DNA of 28,477 nucleotides from Tubiluchus corallicola (Eukaryota; Animalia; Priapulida). The notes under the pieces were generated by a model. That model was not told where the DNA came from and ran no database searches. It worked only from the letters and a program-made list of their open reading frames with translations. This document shows, in pieces, positions 10,078 to 20,706 of the stretch; the stretch's first letter is position 1; the number at the start of each line of letters is the position of its first letter. The stretch covers positions 1 through 28,477 of the forward strand of contig JAQGDQ010001703.1 of assembly GCA_030141605.1 (NCBI GenBank), read 5' to 3'. Position numbers and translations under genes: made by a program.

Positions 10078-10345
10078 AATGTTTTGCTTTTTGTGGTAGT
10101 TTTACTGGTATCATGAACAGACATTGGCCTGTGTAATGTCGATATATTAGCGGTGTGTTTTGAATATTCTAATGTTCTTTCGTGGTAGTTTTACTGCTAT
10201 CATGAGCAGACATTGGCCGGTGTAATGTCGATATATTAGCGGTGTGTTTTGAACATTCTAATGTTCTTTCATATTAGTTTTACTGTTATCATGAGCAGAC
10301 ATTGGCCTGTGTAATGTCGATATATTAGCGGCGTGTTTTTAATAC
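10078..10345 (+). repeat. Tandem repeat, ~3 x 89 bp
   Basis: CATGA(A/G)CAGACATTGGCC at 10112, 10201 and 10290. Confidence 0.95.
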
Positions 10346-10385
10346 AAAATTGACTGTATCATGATTTTTTTACTTTAGTCTACTC

Positions 10386-10658
10386 ATGGCGGAGAAAGCA
10401 AATGCCCCTCCGATTGATGCACCCCCAAGTTATGACCAGGTTACTGGCTATCCTGCCTCTGCGAGCATGCATCCGGGCTATCCGCCGAGCGGTCAAGCGG
10501 GTCACGCCCCGTATGGACAACCGATGTATCCACCTCCCCCACAACAAGGTTACCCACCCCCTCCAGCTACGTATGTTCCGGCAGCTGGAGTTGAACCGCA
10601 TGCGGGAGTGTATCCAGTACAGGGAACAGCCGTGTATGCTGCACAAGCTATGCCTGGG
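10386..10658 (+). CDS. Proline-rich PPxY membrane protein, first coding exon (91 aa, Pro/Gly/Tyr/Gln-rich, PPSY motif)
   Basis: GC-rich island, ATG 7 nt after a tttag acceptor, GGG|GTAGGT phase-0 donor. Confidence 0.85.
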
Positions 10659-11006
10659 GTAGGTTCTGATCAAGTTGTTGAACTTCTCTGAGGCTTAAAT
10701 GTTGCTGCTAGCATTACTGCAATCAGAATTATTATAGCCAAACTCTCATGCCGTGTGGTCCTTGACCGCAGATGAGCAACACAGTGGGTGGTCAGTGAAT
10801 GGATGGGTGAGTGGCAGTTGAACGATTTTGTTTGTGATTCTGATTCTGGCTTTTTACTTTGTCTGAGAAATGTACATTAACGCTTTAAGATGTTTATTGC
10901 AAACATAAGACGTTTGATTTAAAAGGCGTAAGTTGCATGAGTTACAGAAACGCGCGTAATTATGATTTGAATTCAATTTTACAAATTTTGTTTTTTATCT
11001 GTGTAG

Positions 11007-11074
11007 GGCAGTACAGTTGTGATGACAAATCAACCAATAGCTGCTGCTAACACGACTACTGTTGTTACAGAAAG
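11007..11074 (+). CDS. Proline-rich membrane protein exon 2: GSTVVMTNQPIAAANTTTVVTE(R)
   Basis: Polypyrimidine + tag acceptor, AG|GTAAGC donor, phase 0/2. TVV..QP...TTVV linker is typical of LITAF/BRI3-like proteins. Confidence 0.85.
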
Positions 11075-11391
11075 GTAAGCAGAAATTGTTCATCCACTTT
11101 CTGCATTAGGGTTTTTTCGTTTTCTTATAGGTTTTCAGAGCTACACAATGAACCGGGCTTACACATTGAGGTGGATCTCTTTTACAAACGCCTTTACCTG
11201 GACGAAGGGTTACAAGTTAATTTAAAGGAATGTTTTTCTGAGCCACCCTGTATGTAGTTTCGTACATTAAAGTACTTGATGTTTCTGTTAAACCAATGCC
11301 TCTTGCTGCCTATTGTATAACCAGTTCCACCATGTCTTTAGTGTTTGTAAAAGCATTTCAATAATTTCAAAGTTTCTTATTTAAAGATTAA

Positions 11392-11640
11392 AGGAAGACA
11401 GGATGATTTTTCATACACTACCCCATTTTCAAGTCTGATAATAATTATACATTTTAGCACAAATAATACTGCAAAAGCATTGCTGATAATTAAATAACGA
11501 ATTAAAAACATCTTAACGGTGGGCGAGCCCAACTATTGATGACATCACAAACTAACATGATTTTCAACATCAAAAATATTCCACGAGCGTGTTGCACGCG
11601 TTTGAGAAAGCGAAAATTGAAGTACAGTGCTACTGTAGGA
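11392..11640 (+). mobile_element. Kolobok-like MITE left portion (right end not determined)
   Basis: TTAA-AGGAAGACAGG start; homologous to 5148-5385, with only one copy of the unit amplified there. Confidence 0.6.
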
Positions 11641-12436
11641 TAGTCAGTGTGTTGTACTAAAACTCGGCAAGTTTTAGCATAAAAATTCGAAGTTCAAATT
11701 TACTACTGCACTCACGCATCAGCTGTGGAACGCATCTAGTTCGTCATAAACTAACACATTTGAATGGAGAGGTACGGCACCAGTTTTCTGTTCAGCGCGT
11801 TTCCGAAATGCAGGCGCTAGTGCCCGTCTACAGCGAATGGCGAAATGCATGTAACAGTGAAGAACTAGTGGCGTGAATGTGAATTGCATTTGTCTGGTAA
11901 TAATTCTTTCAAGTTAGTCAACTTCTGAAAAAATAGTATGTGGTTTGAAGAAACCAAAAACTTGAAATTTAGTTTTAAGAATTTATTCTGAAGTATCTTC
12001 ATAAACAGTGAAGTAGTGTCATGTTGAAAAGCAGAAAACCAAGTGACCAAAACTACAGGTGAAATCATTTAGGTGTGAAAACAGGTTTAGAGATTATGCA
12101 TTCATAAAGACTGTAGAAGCCAATGAAAATTTAAATAGTAAAGAGGGAGATTTAACAATTTTAACGAGAACACCTGAAGGTGGCAGCACTATCCAAACTA
12201 AAAAAAGTATGATGACAATACAACATAAATTTAAATTTAGAGTAATTAAAATGATTTTCTTCTGTCCAGTATGTTTCCTTTCAATATTTTAAAGTGTAGG
12301 TTATTTTAACTTACAGTTTAAGATTGGAACTGGTTTTTCAGAGCAAGTGCTGTAGCTGCTTATTACACACTGTATTTTGTGCCATTTTTTTCTTACATAT
12401 AAAAACTGTATTGTTTATGAAAGTGAATTTTTCCAG

Positions 12437-12518
12437 ACGAGCAGGCGGAGTGAATCATTGCCTTCACTGCATTATAACCTTGTTTTGCTGGTGGTGGATT
12501 TTCGTTTGGATTTTCCTG
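12437..12518 (+). CDS. Proline-rich membrane protein exon 3: RAGGVNHCLHCIITLFCWWWIFVWIFL (hydrophobic segment)
   Basis: ttccag acceptor, CTG|GTAAGT donor, phase 2/0, in frame with exon 2. Confidence 0.85.
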
Positions 12519-12849
12519 GTAAGTACGTCTGTTAGATTTACGGGAATTCTTTTTAACTATCGCCCATGCAATTTTGCAAGTATCTTGCTTCCTTGTCTGG
12601 ACCTATGATTAGCAGTGGCCTCAATGAAGTTTGATAATGTGTTCCAAAACAAGCCAGCAGTTATTGAAATATTAATGAATGGACGTTTTTTAAGTGCACG
12701 TTGACTGGGAATACCACGGACATTGGACATCCTGTGGAATTTTCCCTGCTGGTTTGTTTTGTCCAGACTAAGAAGTATACGTTTATGACTGAAGAACTTG
12801 ATGAGGAATTGTAAAATGAAATGTATATTTCAAATACGAGGCCCGCGCG

Positions 12850-13107
12850 GGGTCTCGGCATATGCTTTTTAGGATGTAAAAAATATCTGGTCATAGGATC
12901 CCTTATATGCGAGGTAATTTACCTGGGTTTCTATTATGCGGGACCTGAAGATATCGTCCCTTATAACCAAAAGTCCCCTTATATCTAAGTACCTTATATA
13001 CGAAGATTTTTATGGGGAAAAACGTTGCGAAAAATCAGGACCGGTGTTGGTGGTCCTTATAAGCGAATGTCCCTTATAAGCAAGTACCTTATACCCGAGA
13101 TTGACTG
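12850..13107. mobile_element. Tc1/mariner (Tigger-type) MITE with degenerate left end
   Basis: Right end CCTTATACCCGAGATTGACTG followed by TA; many internal CCTTATA repeats. Confidence 0.6.
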
Positions 13108-13298
13108 TATAAGTTGTTAAAAATGGTGAACTGTAGCTATTTGTGTATTTAGTCCATAATTTTAGCTTCATAGGTGTCTATACATGTTGTTGTTTGTTGA
13201 TTTCTGTTCTGTTTCAGGCACCTGTTGATTATAATAATTATATGAAACTAGTCGTGTCAATTGTGACAAAAAGGGGTACACATATATATATATACATG

Positions 13299-13701
13299 TG
13301 TAGAAAACTGGCTATTTGTTTTACAGATTTTATTTTCCACTCATTGTAGAAAAGGTGAAACTGCAATAGAAACAAGAAAAAAGAACATCAAACAAAAATA
13401 AATCAATAGCAGACTTGCAAAAAATAGAAAAAGTAACAAGTATTAGCAAACTAACAAGCATACTGAAGCAGAATTTACAAATAAATAAACTTCCTGACAT
13501 ATCACAAATCAACATGCACGCCTACACAAAAACACGCAACAGTAGCAAAAATCAATAATTAGGCATCACTGTAACATCAGAAACTATTAAGCTGACAAAT
13601 AAATTACTGCAAAGCTCTGCATAAAAATGAAGAAACACATGAACTTACAAACGCTTGAGGATCTGTAGAAAAAACTTTAAGCCAGTCTTCAGAAATCAAC
13701 A
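13299..13701. repeat. Dispersed repeat, long copy of 2222-2374
   Basis: Both ends match 2222-2374 in inverted orientation, with an extra ~280-bp A-rich interior. Confidence 0.7.
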
Positions 13702-13978
13702 GAGACATACTGATTTTACATTTCACAACAGTGGCATACTGACGTCACAACTACTTTATCACTAAAACAGGATTTTTCCTATTCTAAGGCTATCTAACCT
13801 CTCATACAAAAGCGGCCAAGCATGTCAAACAAACTCTACAGGTAATGCAAAAATGAATAATGACGCTTTAGAATCAACACACCTGGCTTTACTGTACCCA
13901 TGCTAGCCTGAGAGATAACAATATATATATAACTTATATATTGTACATATAAGTTAATTCATTTTGATTTTATTGCAG

Positions 13979-14026
13979 TGCATAACAGAAGAGGATAAGA
14001 CCACAAGAACAGTGGTTCACTATTGA
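13979..14026 (+). CDS. Proline-rich membrane protein terminal exon: CITEEDKTTRTVVHY*
   Basis: ttttattgcag acceptor, phase 0, TGA at 14024-14026. Total CDS 471 nt (156 aa). Continues the membrane segment naturally (IFL-CI). Confidence 0.75.
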   Translation, partial: CITEEDKTTRTVVHY

Positions 14027-14164
14027 AGAGAAATCCAGCCAATTCTAGTCCAGACTGTATGAAGTGTGATTTTTCTACAATCTTTGCGAAAATTATATTG
14101 CTTGATGGCAGCATCTTGTAATGTTTTACATTTCTTGTCAATAGGTGTCACTACGTAGTACTTG

Positions 14165-14584
14165 TGGGGGTGGGCATCATCTGCCAGAAAACGAGTTCGA
14201 ATCGAATAGAATTTTTGACTTTCGAACTCGATTCAAACCGAATTCCGGCATTCGAAATAGAATTCAAATTCAGTTTTAAAGATTTTCGATTAAATATTCG
14301 AATCATAAATGGAAAGCAGCCTCACAAAGATCGTGCATATTACTTGATTTTGTTCTGCAATAAAAACAATAATAGTTTGTTTAAAAATTGTGCACAGAAA
14401 TCACAGCCAAATTGTGTTGATTGCATGACGTTTGAAAATTTTAATAATAAGGAATGTATGTAGTTGATGTGCTGAATTATTCGCATCTAAAATTTTGGGT
14501 TCGACTCGAGTTCGAACTAAGGAAAACTCGTTTGAGTGAGTGGAACATCGAATGCGAACGTTCGACGCTCGCTCCCAATTCCTA
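14165..14584. mobile_element. hAT-type MITE rich in TTCGA(A) subterminal repeats
   Basis: Degenerate TAGGGxTGGG-type termini (TGGGGGTGGG / CCCAATTCCTA); TTCGA clusters at both ends; no clear TSD. Confidence 0.55.
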
Positions 14585-14595
14585 TTTATTTAATA

Positions 14596-15681
14596 CAGTA
14601 GGCGCCGCTTAATAGACTCACTTTAGGACCGACGTGTTTTGACCCAATTAACCAACTGAACCCATTAACCGATGGGTGTAGTCTTACAGGTATGGAAGTA
14701 TGAGTCTGCAAATATGCTTAATATGCACTGCAAAGGTTTTTAATGAATTTTAAAAAGGAAGTAATGCCTAAATTCCTTTTATGCAGTTAAAAATTAGAAC
14801 AAAATATTTTAAAATATTAATAAGTGAATTAGCAATAAATTAAAAAGTATACTTTTCTAAGTCTGTTTATGTGCAGAAATTGTAAAAATTCCTTCAAGGT
14901 CGGCTGCTTCATTTTTTCATGAAGAATTTGGCTCATAAAGTTCTCGCAATTAATAAAAAGTTGAAAATCTGTTGTTGTGCTTGACTAAAACAGTTCTGAA
15001 TCGTCTGCTCACTTACATTTGCTGTACGATGTTTACTCTTGTAAGTCACAAGGAATACCGGCTGATTGCTGTACCTGCATCTTTGACTTAACTCATTAAG
15101 CCCAGAAGCGTGATTTGCAACAAGAGCATCAAAAGGAAACTGCTAGGCAAGTGATTAAATGTTTAGCTTTCAGAAATTCTTGTTGACTAGCGGGTAACAG
15201 ATTCAGAGCAAAACCGCTACGCTAGCATGTTAGTGCATGATAAATATACCTGCTTATAAACAAAACGGTACTTAACATGATTTTTTCTGTATATATAATG
15301 CCCAAAAGCAAAGTAAAGATGACATAAAAGTAGGAAAGGTTCTTTGGGCACATACAGATATCTTATTTTAAGTATTTTAAGGAAAAATATTGAGTCAATT
15401 ATGCAGAGTTATTTGAGTGAATTACCGATAGTTTTTATGTATATTTCAATTATATTTCAATTATTATATTCAATTATTATTATTATATTATTTCAGTTTC
15501 AATTATTATATTTAGTTATTATTATTATTTTATTTCAATTTCAATTATTTCATTTCAATGTATATTTCAATTATATTTATGTATATTTTTATTTATATTT
15601 CAATAGAAGTGTTCCAGGCGCTTTTGAGTCAATTAAGTGATTGAGTCTATTAACCATGAGTCTGTTAAGCGGCGTCTACTG
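14596..15681 (-). mobile_element. Internally deleted pogo/Tigger DNA transposon
   Basis: 25-bp TIRs CAGTAGGCGCCGCTTAATAGACTCA (23/25 match), TA TSDs, and a minus-strand remnant KMKQPTLKEFL (~14884-14916) resembling the pogo transposase C-terminal PIP-box. Confidence 0.9.
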
Positions 15682-16043
15682 TATATATTGTCCACACTGT
15701 TTGTGGCTGCGGTGCTGCCATCTACCAAAATTATGATTGTACAACTAAAGCTACCGTAATTTGAAGAAATTAGCCGAGAAATGAAGTCATTAATGCTATA
15801 GTAGGTCTCGTTTGAGAAGCCACACTTAGATTATGCACTTCTACTAATCTGATTTTTTTTACAGTTGCATTTCTACAAACAGGATTAAGTCATTGACAAA
15901 ATTTGTATATAAATGCATTAAAAAAGCTGTTTTTTCTATACCTTCACCGTTTGATAAAACACCGAAGTGTCTGGAATTGTCTAAACATTTAGATTTTGGA
16001 GACAATGGGGAATAAATGCTAAGATTATCTTTTGTAATTATGT

Positions 16044-16581
16044 AATACGCCTTTTCACAGTAGGTCAAAGGTTAACTGAGTACAGCGCATCTTTCTTAAA
16101 TACAGTGGTCACATGACCTTACCTACGTACCTACATGTAGGTTAAACGGGTGAAACACGTGGTTATTTTTACAATATGCTGCACGTGTATAGTTTTAAAC
16201 CAACATGTTATTCTTAAACTAACATGTTATTCTTAAACTAACATGTTATTCTTAAACTAACATGTTATTCTTAAACTAACATGTTATTCTTAAACTAACA
16301 TGTTATTCTTAAACTAGCACATTATTCTTAAACTAGCACGTTGTTCTTAAACTAGCACGTTTAAAAACAGTTAACAGAATAGCATCAGCAATCCACTTAA
16401 AATGACGTAACTGAAGCGAATATTAACGCTAACAATTGTTACTATTATGACAGCAATGGTCTCGAGGTGTTGTCAAGTGAAAACAAATGTGTGGTTCGAT
16501 TGAGATACCGTTATTAACTTCACTTAACCTTTGACCTTTTCACGATCATCATCGATCGCTGGAACCGTGAAAAGGTTTATT
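16044..16581 (+). mobile_element. Unclassified TIR MITE (AATAAGCCTTTTCACAG family) containing a 19-bp array
   Basis: 17-bp TIRs (14/17), inner inverted repeat AGGTCAAAGGTTAA / TTAACCTTTGACCT; right end shared with 19457-19838. Confidence 0.8.
16202..16361 (+). repeat. Minisatellite of 19-bp AACATGTTATTCTTAAACT, 6 perfect + 2 variant units
   Basis: Direct inspection. Confidence 0.97.
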
Positions 16582-16947
16582 TGCATCATTGTTACATCAC
16601 GTGTTTATTGTTTTATTAATTGTATTTAACTCATAAGAAATTTAAATTGTTAATCTTAATCATTGTCAAAAGAGTGGAAATTCAGTCACGTATGTCGTGT
16701 GATATTGTTTTTTCTGCTTCTTGTCATATTCCTTGTACTGACTATACCATTATGGTTTAGTGTGATTTCTGGATGCATTTTTTACCATCGTATTAGCATG
16801 TTCTAGTCAGAAACGATTCAATTTCAATTTATTTATCTCTTTTGAGTACCATATTTAGAGCATTATTAATAACAGAATTGATGAGTAAGCTATGAAAAAT
16901 TGTTACAATACATAATGGAAGGAGTTTACCACACAATGTAAATACAG

Positions 16948-17519
16948 TAACCTTAACCCTAACTTAACCTAAGCTTAACCTTAGCCCTAGTCCTAGCCCT
17001 TACCTAAGCTTAACCTTAGCCCTAGTCCTAGCCCTAACCTAAGCTTAACCTTAACCCTAGTCTTAACCCTAACCTAAGCTTAACCTTAGCCCTGGTCCTA
17101 AGCTTAACTTTAGCCCTAGTCCTAGCCCTAACCTAAGCTTAACCTTAACCCTAGTCTTAACCCTAACCTAAGCTTAACCTTAGCCCTAGTCCTAACCCTA
17201 ACCTAAGCTTAACCTTAACCATAGTCCTAACCCTAACCTAAGCTAAACCTTAGTCCTAGTCCTAACCCTAACCTAAGCTTAACCTTAACCCTAGTCCTAA
17301 CCCTAACGTAAACTTAACTTTAACCCTAACTTAAGCTAAACCTTAGCCCTAGTCCTAACCCTAACCTAAGCTTAACCTTAATCCTAGTCCTAAGCTAAAC
17401 TTTAGCCCTAGTCCTAACCCTAACCTAAGCTTAACCTTAGCCCTAGTCCTAACCCTAACCTAAGCTTAACCTTAACCCTAGTCCTAACGCTAACCTAAGG
17501 TTAATCCTAATCCTAATCC
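16948..17519 (+). repeat. Telomere-like degenerate (CCCTAA) satellite with 35-bp higher-order unit
   Basis: Unit CCCTAACCTAAGCTTAACCTTAGCCCTAGTCCTAA; AAGCTT at 16971, 17006, 17041 and onward. Confidence 0.95.
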
Positions 17520-17874
17520 ATTTTACAAACAAATTTTTTGTGCATTTGGGGAATTATAAACTTTTACAACTAGGCAAGAGACTATAAAACTCGCCTAATC
17601 TATCCTGTTGTGGTTCTTATCCATTCACTGTGATGTTTCATTAAGCTATGAAAACCCGGATCATTTTGTTTTTTGGAAAATCATTTAGTGAAGCTTTGTT
17701 CCCACGTGCCTCGGAGTGACTGCATCAATTTTTTGAATTTTAGGTCAGCGGTGCAGAGTAGTTTGTTCTTGGTACCTCATTTTAAAGTATTTTTTTGATC
17801 CTTTCGTGTTTTATGCTAAAACAACGTGCCGCTACGTTTTGTTTAAAAAACTGCCTGTCAATGAGGGGTTGTCT

Positions 17875-18240
17875 CAGGGGCTGGATTATGACGTTTTGGA
17901 GGCCCCCAGGCTAATGAAATTATGAGGCCTCCACAGAGGGAGTCACTGTCTAATTTGCTCACGTTCGTATGGCGGCCTCATATTTTAAATAAAGGGCTTC
18001 AAAGAGGGGTGGGTCCTTATCTCAAACAAAGCCCTCAAACAAAGGACCTTTGTCTCAAATAAAAACGGATCCAATCGAGGATCCTTTAAAAATGGATTTT
18101 CAGACTTCCTGACCTTTTTTAAAGTTGAAATTTTATTTTAATTTATATGAATTATTCAGCAGTGCAAAGTATCGCCCCCCCTCCAGTTTGAGGAGCCCTA
18201 GGCTGCAGCCTATACTAGTTTGTAAGGTAATCCAGGTTTG
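17875..18240. mobile_element. hAT-type MITE (CAGGG..GGATTA termini)
   Basis: CAGGGGCTGGATTA ... TAATCCAGGTTTG; GGCCC/GCCCTAGGC subterminal motifs; TSD degenerate. Confidence 0.6.
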
Positions 18241-18577
18241 GGTAGAGTAAAGAATGCTCAATGGGTTACCCGCTTGGCCTGGCCAGTAGATGGATAAGTG
18301 ATGACTTTTACATGGCAGTTTCATTTGCCATTTTGAGATAATTCTGTTGGTTGGAACTGCGTCACTTTTTGGAAGACAATTTGTCTTTGACATTAAACAC
18401 TTAGTTGTGCTGGTCTTGTGTTGTGAGATTATGATTATTGTCTTGATTTATTGATGTTGTTTTTTTTGTTGTATTTACGAAGACAACTCACAAACATTCC
18501 TTATCGAGGTATTTTGTCATGTTTTGTGTTCTTATGTTCTACCGTGTATGTTCATAGTTAATATTGCAGTTAATGAG

Positions 18578-19328
18578 AGGAAAGGGCAAGTCACTCAGCA
18601 TGTTGGGTCTATTTCACTGTTATCACTTAAATATAACAAAAAAATTTGCAAAAAAGCTGCCTATGAACCATGAATTTAAAATATACTACCTTGAAATAGA
18701 AATCTTCGGACGCTGTGGTTGTCGCCATTCACTTAAATATCATGACGTAACTGGGAGACTTCGTGACTTTTCATAAGCGCATCGTAGCTGTCCGTAAACA
18801 CCAGTAATGAGTGGAGTAATGAAATAGGGTAAAAGGCAGATCGGTAAATGGTACAGTGTGCGTTTAGTAATCATGAATTGGAAATAAATGATTGCTAGAA
18901 CAAAGAGTTGCTGTTTCTACCATTACTACCATTTTACTACCATTCTGTTACTACCATTTTGCATACAGGACTTACGTCGGCAGTAACGCTAAATTTATGT
19001 AAATTTATTTAAACTCTCGCGATGTCAATTTAAACTGTCCATTAGATGCAGCCATTTTGATGGTACGCCACTTGAAACAAGTTGAAATTTTTTGTAAAAA
19101 CTTATTTTACTTTTGATGAAAGATTGACAGGACGCTACTTTTCTTCAGGACGGATGACGTCATTGGAAGAAAAATGGGCATTGAAAATGGAACTGCCCAA
19201 ACATGAAGTGATCGTGACTTTAAATTGATTTTACTCGAGGCGCTTTATTGCAGTTTTAGTACTAAATCCTAAAATTTTTCGCGAATATTGAAATAAGCCT
19301 AACCTTCTTAGAAAGCTTGACATTTCCT
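18578..19328 (-). mobile_element. Inverted, interrupted copy of the Kolobok-type MITE at 4436-4976
   Basis: 18578-18797 and 19135-19328 are reverse-complement homologs of the two ends of 4436-4976; TTAA at 19329-19332. Confidence 0.75.
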
Positions 19329-19456
19329 TTAAGGCATTTCCTAGTTTATCACCTTATTACTTTTCACTAAAGTGTCATTATTCTTATATTAATTTAAATT
19401 ACCAGTTTTTATGTCGATTACCTTGTATGGATCATTGTCGTGCTTTTATAAAATTT

Positions 19457-19838
19457 AACAAGCATTTTCACAGTTTCGTTTTGCGCACGCGGAGTTGCTG
19501 TAGGTCAAAGGTTAAGTGTACCAAGCAACGAATGTTAACTACAGTCATCACGTGATGTGTGTGTAATGTAAAGCCGTCTGTTGCGTTAGTTCAGTAAACT
19601 TCAGTAAAAGTTTTTTTTAAAATGGACTTTACTTAATTATGCATTAGTCTGTGCGTAGAGTGAATTACTAGCAGGAACAAGAAAAAATGAACTAGGTAAG
19701 GTTCTAACTAGGTGTTACGTTTACAATAGTATGGGCTACGACGCGTTGTCGAGTGTACACAAATGTGTTGTCTGGCGCACTTAACCTTTGACCTTTTCGT
19801 GATCATCATCGATCGCTGGAACTGTGAAAAGGCTTATT
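19457..19838 (+). mobile_element. Unclassified TIR MITE (AATAAGCCTTTTCACAG family), full copy
   Basis: 17-bp TIRs (15/17) and inner inverted repeat AGGTCAAAGGTTAAGTG / CACTTAACCTTTGACCT. Confidence 0.8.
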
Positions 19839-20706
19839 AACTTGCATCGTTACAAATTATTCGAGCCTCTAAACGTTCACATGATTTTCTGAAATGATTA
19901 ATTTAAAAATTTATATTGAAGATATGAATAATTTATATATGTATATATAATAGTTTTTATGAAGCTATAAAATTCCTTTATGTGTGATTTTTGTTTATAA
20001 TTCATTGTTCCATTCAAGCTGTTTGGTACTCAGAGAGCAAATGATTGTTTTCCCAGTCTTGCGTCATGACCAGAGTGCTTGTTTTGAGCCGAATTTAAAA
20101 TATCGAACTCTACCCCTTTGGTAAATTTGTTTATCTGAATGATATTGTGCTCTTCAGTTGTTGGCGACTTTTCCGAAGAACGCTAACAACTACGGAAGTT
20201 CGATGGATTAAAATTTTTGGGAATTTTCTGTGCACGCTGGTAATACGCATGCGTAGTGGTAGTGCTGTGCCTCGTTGGTTTTCGTGCACGCATTTTTCTT
20301 TCTAATCTTGCAGGCAAAACAACCGATTTCTCCAGATCTATACCTGTCTAGTTTTCAACAAATTTCTAATTAAGGAATTTCTGATCGTTTATAGCTTTAT
20401 GATGGCGAAGGCGTGTTGCGTTGGAAGCATTTCACAAATATAATCATTTTGATAAAATTTAATTCTCAAGTGCCAAATTAAGAGTGTAAAATTTAAATCA
20501 TCGTTAGTTTAATCCATCTGTGGCCTCAGATAAGTAGTGCAATACTAAAGCATTTGTTGACACTAGCTGACCAGTGGTCACCCTGCATGCTGACCCTTTC
20601 AGGCAGGTTTGAACACATCCAGTCTATTTTCCCGATTTTTTTTAAATCCAATGTTACTTCAGCCGTTTTTCTTTTATTTACGATTTGGTCTAATCATTAT
20701 TGTATA

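Noticed and set aside
10659-10691. Single-exon 101-aa ORF ending VGSDQVVELL
   Set aside because: Read-through into intron 1; the phase-0 donor at 10659 joins in-frame downstream exons.
13218-13349. Alternative terminal exon after a strong tttcag acceptor (APVDYNNY...)
   Set aside because: It runs through an AT microsatellite and a dispersed repeat; the 13979 exon fits better. Cannot be fully excluded as a minor isoform.
15344-15640. 98-aa hydrophobic ORF
   Set aside because: AT-rich low-complexity DNA inside the pogo-type element.
16948-17519. True telomere
   Set aside because: The array is interstitial and degenerate, with ordinary sequence on both sides.
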